A stretch of DNA of 63,806 bases, counting the filler. It is 6 parts of 6 records of this genome, joined end to end, with 100 filler letters (N's around TTAATTAATTAA, not from the genome) between each part and the next. Parts side by side here need not be neighbours in the genome. Positions count along the whole stretch, not along the records: positions 8,643 to 16,578 come from SRR31156797_28368; positions 16,679 to 43,082 come from SRR31156797_28384; 4 more parts are not named here. The stretch is one strand, 5' to 3'. Position numbers and translations under genes: made by a program. Numbering within the stretch: the stretch's first letter is position 1; each line of letters begins with the position of its first letter. Below the pieces are notes generated by a model. The model saw only the letters and a list, made by a program, of their open reading frames with translations. It ran no database searches and was not told where the DNA came from. This document shows positions 8,710 to 17,682 of this stretch, in pieces.

Positions 8710-9981
8710 TCAGGTCGGCAGATCGGCCTTGGTGACGACAGTAATGCCCCTGGGAGTCACTTTGAATCTTTTTCGGTCTTTTTTCGGATTGAATCCGATT
8801 TCCATTTTCGGCGGGATTATTACCCCTTCCGTGACAATGGCCTTCTTTATCCTGGCGTGACGCCCAATCACCACGTTTTCCATGACGACTGATTCCTCTA
8901 CCGTGGCCCAGCTATGAACGAATACGTTATATGATAGAACGCTGTTCATCACCTTGGCTCCGCTGATTATCGACCCGTGGGCAACAAGCGAGTCCAGGGC
9001 CCGGCCGGATCTTTTGCCGTTGGCTTCCTGGGAGAAGACTGATTTTACAGGCGGATACTGTCTCTGAAAAGTCCTGATCGGCCACTTTACTCCGTACATG
9101 TTAAAGTAAGGATCAACGCCGGTCAGATCCATGTTGGCATTCCAATACGCGTCCAGAGTCCCGACGTCCCTCCAATACCCCGAGTCTCTGATGGAGTCTT
9201 CCTTCTTTTCCCTTCGCATGCCTTCTTCGTCGGTGTAAAAAAGAATGTCGCTAATATGGTTTTCCCGACGGTACGGGTAGGCCATGACCTTGTGAGTATC
9301 CAAAATCACCGGGAGAATGTCCTTCCCGAAATCCGGGCTCTCATCTCGGGCCAGCAGCTCCATCAAAACGTCTGTTTTAAATATATAAATTCCCATGGAT
9401 GCCAGCACGTGACCGGGATCCCCGGGAATAGTCTTTGGAACTTTGGGCTTCTCCTGGAAGCCCTTGACCACGAAATCCTTATTTACTTCCAGAATGCCGT
9501 ATTGGTCCGCCATTTCCCTGTCTGTTTCAATAACGGAAATAGTAACATCGGCGTCATTGGCGACATGGTATTCCTTGAATTTTGAATAATCCATTTTATA
9601 GACGTGATCGCCGGAAAGCACGAGTAGATGATTCGGGGATTCCTGCTCGATCAGGTATGAATTCTGCCGGATGCAGTCGGCGGTTCCCTGGTACCATTTT
9701 TCTCCGGCCATCATTTGCGGCGGCACAATCTTGAGGTAATGCCTCAGGTCGGGGCTGAAAATGTTCCAACCGCTTTCAAGATGCTGAATAAGGGTCTGCG
9801 CCTTGTATTGGGGCATAACCAGGATTTTATAAACTTCGGAATTTATACAGTTTGATAACGTCAAATCAATAAGAAGGTATATGCCGCCGAAAGGAATGGC
9901 CGGCTTGCTCCGATGAGCGGTTAAAGGCATAAGCCGCTCGCCCTTGCCGCCGGCCATTATGATTGCCAGGACGTTTTTCAT
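8710..9981 (-). CDS. glgC: Glucose-1-phosphate adenylyltransferase
   Basis: MAGGKGERL.PLT..RSKPAIPFGG, WYQGTAD, LSGDHVYKMDY, ASMGIY, YWRDVGT motifs. Confidence 0.95.
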   Translation of the reverse strand: MKNVLAIIMAGGKGERLMPLTAHRSKPAIPFGGIYLLIDLTLSNCINSEVYKILVMPQYKAQTLIQHLESGWNIFSPDLRHYLKIVPPQMMAGEKWYQGTADCIRQNSYLIEQESPNHLLVLSGDHVYKMDYSKFKEYHVANDADVTISVIETDREMADQYGILEVNKDFVVKGFQEKPKVPKTIPGDPGHVLASMGIYIFKTDVLMELLARDESPDFGKDILPVILDTHKVMAYPYRRENHISDILFYTDEEGMRREKKEDSIRDSGYWRDVGTLDAYWNANMDLTGVDPYFNMYGVKWPIRTFQRQYPPVKSVFSQEANGKRSGRALDSLVAHGSIISGAKVMNSVLSYNVFVHSWATVEESVVMENVVIGRHARIKKAIVTEGVIIPPKMEIGFNPKKDRKRFKVTPRGITVVTKADLPT

Positions 9982-10018
9982 GATTTACTCCGATTCCCGG
10001 ATCGAAGAAATATGTTTT

Positions 10019-10056
10019 AAAAAAAGGACGGCGTCGGCATACCGGGACGCCGCCCC
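10019..10056 (-). terminator. Intrinsic terminator downstream of the YccA gene
   Basis: Minus strand GGGGCGGCGTCCCGG-TATG-CCGACGCCGTCC-T7. Confidence 0.6.
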
Positions 10057-10104
10057 ATTCAATCTCCAGCAGAAGAATTATTCCCCCGTGGTTTGTTTAC
10101 AAAA

Positions 10105-10803
10105 CTAGTCTCGCCCGCCGCCGAAAATGCGAAGTATCATCAGGAAAAGGTTAATAAAGTCCAGGTAAAGCGCCAAGGCGCCCATAACCGCGGCCTTGGT
10201 TTCAGAGTCGCCGTCGGCAAAGCCTTCGGCAGCTATAACCCGAAGTCTTTGTGTGTCGTAAGCGGTAAGTCCGACAAAAATTAAAACTCCGGCATAGGTC
10301 ACAATCCAGTGTATCATCTCGCTGTGAAGGAACAAATTGACAACGGAGGCGATTATTATTCCGATAAGGCCCATGAACAGGAAGCTGCCCCATGAAGCCA
10401 GGGATTTTTTGGTCGTGTATCCGTAAACGCTCATGGCGGCGAATGTGCCCGCGGTGACGAAAAAGGCCGAAGCCAGTGATGCTCCGGAATAAGCTTTGAA
10501 TATAATGGCAAGAGTCAGGCCGTTAAGCACGGAATAAACAATAAACATGGTTGTAGCGGTTGAAGCGGCCAAGCGGTTGATTCTGCCGGCCAAAACGAAA
10601 ACCATGACCAGTTCGCCGCCGATAAGCAGGTACAACAACGGCGTACCGAAAATCATGTTGAAAAGAGTTTCGCTCTGGGATACAAGATAAGCAGCCCCGC
10701 CGGTCAGGGCCAATCCCGCGATCATCCAATTATAGACCTGGCGGAAAAAGACGCCTTCCCTGGCCAGCGCTGCATCGCTGCTGTATGAATACGATCGTTC
10801 CAT
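10105..10803 (-). CDS. Bax inhibitor-1/YccA family membrane protein
   Basis: 7 TM helices; LTAYDTQRL and ALALYLDFINLFL motifs. Confidence 0.95.
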   Translation of the reverse strand: MERSYSYSSDAALAREGVFFRQVYNWMIAGLALTGGAAYLVSQSETLFNMIFGTPLLYLLIGGELVMVFVLAGRINRLAASTATTMFIVYSVLNGLTLAIIFKAYSGASLASAFFVTAGTFAAMSVYGYTTKKSLASWGSFLFMGLIGIIIASVVNLFLHSEMIHWIVTYAGVLIFVGLTAYDTQRLRVIAAEGFADGDSETKAAVMGALALYLDFINLFLMILRIFGGGRD

Positions 10804-10890
10804 CTGATATTCTCCTTTATGCCTTAATTTTAATAGTACAATAAGATTTTTGCGACGGCAACCCGGGCGTATGTGAAATTCCGACTGGAT

Positions 10891-11169
10891 TTATTTTTCG
10901 GATTTGCCGCGTCGCATGGATTTTAATTCGGACCAACGGTTTAAAAAACCTAGCAAACCGGAACCGGTTCGATCCATGGCTTCCATTCTTTCGGCCCTCA
11001 TTTCCAATCCGGCCGAACTGTTCGCCCCCTCCTTGAGGCAGGAATGTACAAATTCGCATTCGTCGCAATCAGGGTTAACAGATCTAAGCCCGTCTTTCCC
11101 CATGGGAAATACCTTGTCAAATGTTCCGAAACACCCGGGCTTATCTGAACTTGTCAAAACCGAACCCAC
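10891..11169 (-). CDS. Small Cys-rich hypothetical protein
   Basis: PGCFG..D.VFPMG.DGLR...C..C....C pattern; start codon uncertain. Confidence 0.65.
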   Translation of the reverse strand: MGSVLTSSDKPGCFGTFDKVFPMGKDGLRSVNPDCDECEFVHSCLKEGANSSAGLEMRAERMEAMDRTGSGLLGFLNRWSELKSMRRGKSEK

Positions 11170-11445
11170 CTCTGTGAAACTAAATCATACTATAAGGAAA
11201 TTTTTCCAAAAATCAACCATTGAACGCCGTTATTAGGGGATATCGAGGCAAAACGGAGTATTACCCTTTAAAGTTTAGAGTTTACAAAGTTTACAACCGT
11301 ATGATGCCGGCGGGCGGTAGTGAAATAAATCACAAGCAGAGGGAGAGGACCATTCAACCCAAGAACTATTTAATTTTATTTGACTCTGCACACACGCCGT
11401 GATAGCTTGTGCCTTTAAATAGTTTATTGATGGAGGAAACGAATT

Positions 11446-11667
11446 ATGATCGGCGGTCTTGGTATTTGGGAGCTACTGATCATTTTATTCATAGTTCTTA
11501 TAATTTTCGGCGCGGGCAAACTGCCGGAAATCGGCGCCGGATTGGGCAAGGGCATAGGCAATTTCCGTAAAGCCACCCAGGAATCCAAAGAGATTGACGT
11601 CACCCCCGATAATGCTCAGGAAAATGCGAAAAAGGACGAAGGCGACAAAGAAGAGACGTCAGCCTGA
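11446..11667 (+). CDS. tatA: Twin-arginine translocase subunit TatA/E
   Basis: [10 protein letters not shown]...[30 protein letters not shown]. Confidence 0.95.
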   Translation: MIGGLGIWELLIILFIVLIIFGAGKLPEIGAGLGKGIGNFRKATQESKEIDVTPDNAQENAKKDEGDKEETSA

Positions 11668-11705
11668 AGCCGTTAATCTGGAATGACATTCATATCATTA
11701 TTTCT

Positions 11706-11733
11706 AAGCCCCGGCGTCACCGGGGTCTTTTTT
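11706..11733 (+). terminator. Intrinsic terminator after tatA
   Basis: CCCCGG-CGTCA-CCGGGG hairpin followed by a T-run. Confidence 0.7.
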
Positions 11734-11892
11734 GGCATCCGGCGGTCAAAAGCACGCCTGTTATATGTCCGTAGTTTTGTGTAACTAGTTTTTTTCTTGA
11801 CAAATGACGGCGCCGGCGGTAGATAATCGACCGATAGAGAATTTCGTCACAAACGATTTTGAACAACAATCTAACCACTCAGGGGCTGAGTT

Positions 11893-12546
11893 ATGAGCGA
11901 TCACGACGAGGCGCAGGTAACCGATCACCAAGCCGAACAGGGCGGCGATTCAAAAGCCGGGAACAATGGAGCCAAGAGCCGCGTATGGCTTTTTTTCATC
12001 ATAGGCCTTGCTGCTTCCATGATTGTTGGATGGGCTGTCTGGCCCACGCTTCTGTATTCCAAGAAGACCCAACCTTTTAATTTCAACCATGTAGCCCACA
12101 CCGAGGGCGCGGGCATGGACTGCGACGAATGTCACAGTTACGGCGAAGACGGACGTTTTTCAGGCGTTCCGACTTTCGAGTTATGCCTGGATTGCCACAC
12201 TTGGTCCGGCCGCCAGAATGAAGAAAGCGCCGCGGAGACAGAGTTCCTCAAAAAATTTGTCAACGAGGATGATGAGCTTATCGGCGACCCGAAGTGGTAT
12301 GTCTATTCCGCCCAGCCGGACTGCGTGTATTTTTCTCATATAGCGCATACGGAAATGGGTGAATTTACTTGTGAACAGTGTCACGGCAATCACGGGCAAA
12401 CCACGGAGCTGCGTCCTATCTACATCAACCGCGTGACCGGTTACAGCCGGGATGTTTGGGAAAATATGAAGATGACGGACTGCGGAGATTGCCACGACGA
12501 ACATGGAAAACCTGAGAATAACGCCTGCTTTGTTTGCCACAAGTAG
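11893..12546 (+). CDS. qrcA: Qrc complex membrane-anchored pentaheme cytochrome c
   Basis: One TM helix; five CxxCH motifs (CDECH, CLDCH, CEQCH, CGDCH, CFVCH); first gene of an A-B-C-D cluster. Confidence 0.9.
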   Translation: MSDHDEAQVTDHQAEQGGDSKAGNNGAKSRVWLFFIIGLAASMIVGWAVWPTLLYSKKTQPFNFNHVAHTEGAGMDCDECHSYGEDGRFSGVPTFELCLDCHTWSGRQNEESAAETEFLKKFVNEDDELIGDPKWYVYSAQPDCVYFSHIAHTEMGEFTCEQCHGNHGQTTELRPIYINRVTGYSRDVWENMKMTDCGDCHDEHGKPENNACFVCHK

Positions 12547-12569
12547 TCGGGGCCGGGAGAGGTAAAGCG

Positions 12570-14993
12570 ATGAAGATGAATCGGAGAGGGTTTATCGGTT
12601 TGGTTGTGGGCGCCGCGGCGGGCGTCGGCCTTACCCCATTGCCTTGGAAGCTGATAGATGACAGCGCCATCTGGACGCAAAACTGGCCGTGGGTGCCGAG
12701 GGTCACACGATACCCTGAATTGGATTATGCCGATACGGTCTGTACATTATGTGAAGGCGGCTGCGGGATTAAAGTCCGGCGCGTGAACGAAAAGCAGACG
12801 GTCAAGGTTGAAGGCGCTGTTTCAGCCCCGATCAACCAGGGCGGCGTTTGCCCCGTCGGCGCGGCCGGCCCGCAGTATCAATATTCGCTGTCGCGCTTCC
12901 AAAGTCCGCTTAAGCGCATTGGCGGCAGAGGGTCGGGCTCATGGGCCAAGATGACCTGGGCTGAAGCTTTAAAGGAAGTCGGCGCCAAGCTGGCTGAATT
13001 GAAAAAGCAGGGCAGGGCCCACGAAGTTGTCATGATAAGCGGCCGGAATAATTCCCAGGTTAAGGAATTAACATCCAAATTCATGACAGCCTACGGATCG
13101 CCGAATTTCATTGAAATGCCGGGTTTGAACCAGTCGCAATCATTGGCCGAGCGGGCTCAGTTCGGTTGGGAAAGCGGCGTCGGGTACGACCTTGAAAACA
13201 GCAAATTCGTGTTAAGTTTCGGGAGCGGCCTGATCGAGGGCTGGGGATCGCCGGTAAGATCCATCAAGGCTTTTTCCGATTGGCGCGGCAATGGAAAAAC
13301 CAAATTTGTACAGATTGATTCTCGCGCTTCCCTGACTGCATCCAAGGCGGATAACTGGATCGCGGTCGCTCCGGGCACGGAAGGGGCCCTAGCCCTGGGG
13401 CTTGCCCATGTGATCGTAAAGGAAGGCCTTTACAACAAGGATTTTATAAAAAACAGCGCCTTTGGATTCGAAGAATTTCAGGTCATGGTTCTCAAGGATT
13501 ATACTCCGAAAAAGGTTGCGGCTATTACAGGCGCGCCTGAAGAAAGTATAATCGGACTGGCCAGGGAATTCGCCAAGGCCGGACAGGCGGTCGCCATAGG
13601 CGGTAAAGGCCGCGGCGCAATGCCTACTCCGGTATATGAACTCATGGCCGTAATGAGTCTGAACGCCCTGGTAGGAAATATCAATCAAAAGGGCGGGGTC
13701 ATCATCCGCAAGGATGCGCCTTTGACGGCCTGGCCGGAAATAACCCCGGACGAGACGGCCCAAAAGAGCCTTGCCCATCCCAGGCTCGACCTGGCCGGGA
13801 CTCCCCAATATCCCATGTCGGGAAGCCTGCTTAACAATCTTGTTGAGTCAATTAATGAAAACAGGATGTATCCGGTCAGCGTCCTGATTCTGGATCAGGC
13901 GGATCCGGCTTTCTTCGGCGCCGATCCCGGCTCCTTTTCCGCGGCCTTGACCAAGATACCGCTGGTGGTTACTTTATCTTCCTTTGCCAACGACAGCAGC
14001 ATCCAGGCGGATATCGTGCTGCCGGAAACCGGCAACTTCGAAGGGGCGGTCGATGTAATCAATCCGCCGACCATTCCTTATCCGCTCGTCGGCATGGCCG
14101 ATCCTGTTATTGACAGCTATTTTGACGCCCGCCCGGCCGGCGATATCATCATCGGCCTGGCTAAAAGCGTGGGCGGTTCGGTCAAGGATTCAATTCCTTA
14201 CAAGAGCTACCAGGACATGCTGAAGCAGCGCGCCGCAGGCCTTTTGACGGCGGGACGCGGCAAGGTAGCTGAAGCCGGCGGAGAAGCCCCGGGCGCCGAG
14301 TTTGGTTTAAAATCGAAAGCCGGAGCTTTCAAAAATGAAAAAGAATTTTTGAAAGCCCTGACCGCAGGCAATTTCTGGTACGATCCGCAATTCACTTACG
14401 GCGATCTGACCGAAGCATTCAAAACTCCGTCCGGCAAGTTTGAATTCGTAAGCCAGACCCTCCAGTCCGCTCTTTTCGATTTTGTGGCCGAAAAGGGCGA
14501 GGCCGCGGCTTTGGCCGCCCTGGGGGTTACCGCGGGCGGGGATCAATTATTCCTGCCGCATTACGAACCGTATACTCCAACCGACCTTAACTCGCAATTC
14601 CCGCTTGTAATGGCGCCGGTGGAGCAGTTCAAACTAGTCGCCAATTCATTCGGAAGCGCACCTTATCTCACCAAGGTCCTTGAAGATATAACTCTGAAGG
14701 AAAACGACCTGGTGGTGGAGATAAATCCGCATACCGCCCATGATCTGCACCTCAAGGAGGGCGACAGGGCGACGTTGAAAACAGGCAGAGGCAAGCTGAC
14801 CGTTCGGGTTCACCTTTTTGAAGGGGCCAGGCCGGGCGTGGTGTATGCTCCCATAGGGCTCGGCCACAACGGTTTCGATCTCTACCTGAGGGGAAAAGGC
14901 GCCAATCCAATGGAAATCGTCGAACCGGTAATTGACCCGCTTTCAGGGCAGGCTGTATGGTGGGGCACAAAAGCCAATTTGATTAAGGTGTGA
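12570..14993 (+). CDS. qrcB: Qrc complex molybdopterin-oxidoreductase-like subunit
   Basis: Tat signal NRRGFIG, TPLPWKLIDDSAIWTQNW signature, DMSO-reductase fold motifs; GAGG RBS before ATG 12570. Confidence 0.9.
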   Translation: MKMNRRGFIGLVVGAAAGVGLTPLPWKLIDDSAIWTQNWPWVPRVTRYPELDYADTVCTLCEGGCGIKVRRVNEKQTVKVEGAVSAPINQGGVCPVGAAGPQYQYSLSRFQSPLKRIGGRGSGSWAKMTWAEALKEVGAKLAELKKQGRAHEVVMISGRNNSQVKELTSKFMTAYGSPNFIEMPGLNQSQSLAERAQFGWESGVGYDLENSKFVLSFGSGLIEGWGSPVRSIKAFSDWRGNGKTKFVQIDSRASLTASKADNWIAVAPGTEGALALGLAHVIVKEGLYNKDFIKNSAFGFEEFQVMVLKDYTPKKVAAITGAPEESIIGLAREFAKAGQAVAIGGKGRGAMPTPVYELMAVMSLNALVGNINQKGGVIIRKDAPLTAWPEITPDETAQKSLAHPRLDLAGTPQYPMSGSLLNNLVESINENRMYPVSVLILDQADPAFFGADPGSFSAALTKIPLVVTLSSFANDSSIQADIVLPETGNFEGAVDVINPPTIPYPLVGMADPVIDSYFDARPAGDIIIGLAKSVGGSVKDSIPYKSYQDMLKQRAAGLLTAGRGKVAEAGGEAPGAEFGLKSKAGAFKNEKEFLKALTAGNFWYDPQFTYGDLTEAFKTPSGKFEFVSQTLQSALFDFVAEKGEAAALAALGVTAGGDQLFLPHYEPYTPTDLNSQFPLVMAPVEQFKLVANSFGSAPYLTKVLEDITLKENDLVVEINPHTAHDLHLKEGDRATLKTGRGKLTVRVHLFEGARPGVVYAPIGLGHNGFDLYLRGKGANPMEIVEPVIDPLSGQAVWWGTKANLIKV

Positions 14994-15001
14994 GGAATAC
15001 G

Positions 15002-15793
15002 ATGAGTGGAAATGGGCCGACAGAAGGTATTAAATACGGCATGGTCATTGACCTGGACAAGTGCACCGGTTGCGGCACTTGTGCAGTTGCGTGCATGACG
15101 GAAAACAATGTCTATGTTCTGGAGGACGAAACCGACAAGATTCGCTCTATTACTTGGCTGAGGGTGTATCGCCTTGAAAACGGCGAACCTTTTCCCAATA
15201 CAAAAGTGGCTTACATGCCGCGGCCTTGTATGCATTGCGATTATCACACGCCATGTGTTTCGGTTTGCCCGCCTACGGCTACGACCAAGGATGAGATAGG
15301 CGGAATCGTCAGCCAGATTACTACAAGATGCATCGGCTGCCGATACTGCGTGGCCGCGTGTCCTTATCACGCCAGGTATTTCAACTGGTTCGATCCGTGG
15401 CCGCTGTACAAGACGCATGTCAAGCAGATGACCAACAGTCTGAATCCCGAAGTGGCGCCGCGCATGCGCGGCGTGGTGGAAAAATGCACATTTTGCCACC
15501 ACCGGATGATGGCGGCCAAGGAAAAAGCCTATGCCGAAGGGCAAAGGGAAATACCGGAAGCATACTACCAGACGGCTTGCACCCAGGCGTGCCCGTCCGG
15601 GGCCATCACTTTCGGCGACCTGAATAATAAGGAACATGCGGTTTACCAAATTCTCCATGATAGAAAGAAAGATGCTTTCCGACTGCTGGAGAAATTAGGG
15701 ACAGAACCCAAGGTATATTATCTTTCGACCCAGAAATGGGTCCGCGAGAAAGCGGATAACTATCTGGACGTGCCCAAGGGCAACGGATATTAG
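15002..15793 (+). CDS. qrcC: Qrc complex Fe-S subunit (NrfC/PsrB-like)
   Basis: YGMVIDLDKCTGCGTC; four ferredoxin-type Cys groups; RLLEKLGTEPKVYY. Confidence 0.92.
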   Translation: MSGNGPTEGIKYGMVIDLDKCTGCGTCAVACMTENNVYVLEDETDKIRSITWLRVYRLENGEPFPNTKVAYMPRPCMHCDYHTPCVSVCPPTATTKDEIGGIVSQITTRCIGCRYCVAACPYHARYFNWFDPWPLYKTHVKQMTNSLNPEVAPRMRGVVEKCTFCHHRMMAAKEKAYAEGQREIPEAYYQTACTQACPSGAITFGDLNNKEHAVYQILHDRKKDAFRLLEKLGTEPKVYYLSTQKWVREKADNYLDVPKGNGY

Positions 15794-15805
15794 TGAGGTA
15801 AGGCT

Positions 15806-16578
15806 ATGGATTCGGAACTGATTCCGGAAGGTTTGCAAAGGACGTCAACGGCAAACTTTTACCTGTGGCTGCTGCCCTGGTTGGCTTTGCTGGGCCTCGG
15901 CGGGTTAGGCGCCGCATATTGTCTCTATTTCGGCCTAAACCAGACGGCCATGAACGACTACTTTGCCTTTGGAGTTTGGATTGTATTCGATCTTTCCGTT
16001 ATCGCCCTGGGCGCGGGAGCATTTTTCACCGGCTTCCTGACTTATATCGTGGGTAGGAAAGAACTGAAATCCATTATCAACCTCGCGGTTATAATAGGTT
16101 TCATCTGCTACTCCGGCGCCGTGGCCATGCTGGGCATCGATATCGGACAACCGCTCAGAGGCTGGTACATCTTCTGGCACGCCAATGTCCATTCCATGCT
16201 CACCGAGGTGTCTTTCTGCATCACCTGCTACCTGATGGTGCTGTGCATTGAATTTTTGCCCAATATCCTGGAAAACCGCCAGTTGAACAAAGTTCCCGAG
16301 TTTCACTTCTTCGCCCACAACCTGCATGAAATCATGTTCGTGTTCGCGGCCACGGGAACCTTTCTTTCTTTCTTCCATCAGGGCTCCCTGGGCGGCATGT
16401 ACGGCGTTATGTATGCACGTCCCTACGCAGCCAGGGCCATGTTCTCGATCTGGCCGACAACCTTTTTCCTGTTCATTCTGTCAGCCATGGCTTCAGGCCC
16501 GTCCTTCACCCTGATAATAACCACCCTGCTCGAAAAAATCGGACGCAAAAGGCTGGTTAAGGATGAAGCCAAACAGTT
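15806..16578 (+). CDS. qrcD: Qrc complex NrfD/PsrC-family membrane subunit, 3'-truncated
   Basis: WIVFDLSVIALGAGAF, DIGQPLR, HQGSLGG motifs; runs into the spacer. Confidence 0.92.
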
Positions 16579-16678
16579 NNNNNNNNNNNNNNNNNNNNNN
16601 NNNNNNNNNNNNNNNNNNNNNNTTAATTAATTAANNNNNNNNNNNNNNNNNNNNNNNNNNNNNNNNNNNNNNNNNNNN
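16579..16678. other. Artificial contig spacer
   Basis: N-run with TTAATTAATTAA. Confidence 0.99.
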
Positions 16679-17387
16679 GGGCCCCATGTGTTTTGATTAT
16701 GGATTTGGCCCGTTCCGTTGGGTGTGTACTTCCGGCAAACCCGAAGACCTCGACCTGACCGACCAGATTGCCATGGAGGTGCTGGAAGAAATTGCAGCTA
16801 CCGCCCCGGATGAGATCACCCAGCAAATGAAAGACAATATCCGCTGGATTCGTGAAGCCAAAGTGAACAAGCTGGTTGTGGGTTCGCAGGCGCGCATCCT
16901 ATACGCCGATGCTGAGGGGCGCATTAAAATTGCAGCGGCTTTCAACAAAGCCATTGCTGATGGAAAGATTTCTGCTCCGGTAGTGCTGGGCCGTGATCAC
17001 CACGATGTTTCCGGTACGGATTCGCCATTTCGTGAAACTTCCAACATTTATGATGGATCACAGTTTACCGCTGACATGGCCATCCAGAATGTGATTGGCG
17101 ACAGCTTCCGCGGTGCCACATGGGTTTCCATACACAACGGTGGTGGAGTAGGCTGGGGCGAAGTGATCAACGGTGGTTTCGGGATGGTGCTGGATGGTTC
17201 TGATGATGCCGACAGGAGGCTAAGAAATATGTTGCACTGGGATGTGAACAACGGCATCTCACGCCGCAACTGGGCCCGGAATGAGGGTGCTGTCTTCGCC
17301 ATCAAAAGGGCTATGGAACAAAATCCCAACCTGAAAGTAACACTTCCCGAATTTACAGATGATAATTTGATTGAGGGATTGTTCTAA
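16679..17387 (+). CDS. hutU: Urocanate hydratase, 5'-truncated
   Basis: GFGPFRWVC, GSQARI, GRDHHDVSGTDSPFRETS, SIHNGGGVGWG motifs. Confidence 0.95.
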
Positions 17388-17402
17388 GAAAAATAGGGGT
17401 TT

Positions 17403-17436
17403 AAAACCTGTCAGGTTTCCAAAATCTGACAGGTTT
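17403..17436. repeat. Palindromic REP-like element
   Basis: AAACCTGTCAGGTTT-CCA-AAATCTGACAGGTTT near-perfect inverted repeat between convergent genes. Confidence 0.7.
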
Positions 17437-17499
17437 ATAAAAAGCAGTTTACAAATATTAGATCTACATTTTCACCAATTTTGTTGATGATATCTGTTT

Positions 17500-17590
17500 T
17501 TCTTTGTGAACATTTGGTGCCTTCGAGCCTTCGTGGCAAAAAAAAACAACAGGCCACAAAAACACAAAGTCACTAAGTTCGCACAAAAAG
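17500..17590. repeat. Imperfect inverted repeat built of ~8-nt units (REPIN-like)
   Basis: CTTTGTGAACATTTGGTGCCTTCGAGCCTTCGTGGC faces GCCACAAAAACACAAAGTCACTAAGTTCGCACAAAAAG. Confidence 0.5.
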
Positions 17591-17682
17591 TCTGTAGCAT
17601 TGCTATAAATCCTAGTGATTTTAAAGTACGAAATTTTTAAAGGTGCAGCCCCAAAAGGGTCAGGCGCAACGCAATATTTGGT

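Noticed and set aside
11279-11296. AGTTTACAA direct repeat upstream of tatA
   Set aside because: Only two copies with 9-bp period in AT-rich DNA; no regulator can be assigned.
14882-15658. 258-aa minus-strand ORF
   Set aside because: Antisense to the well-supported qrcB/qrcC genes.
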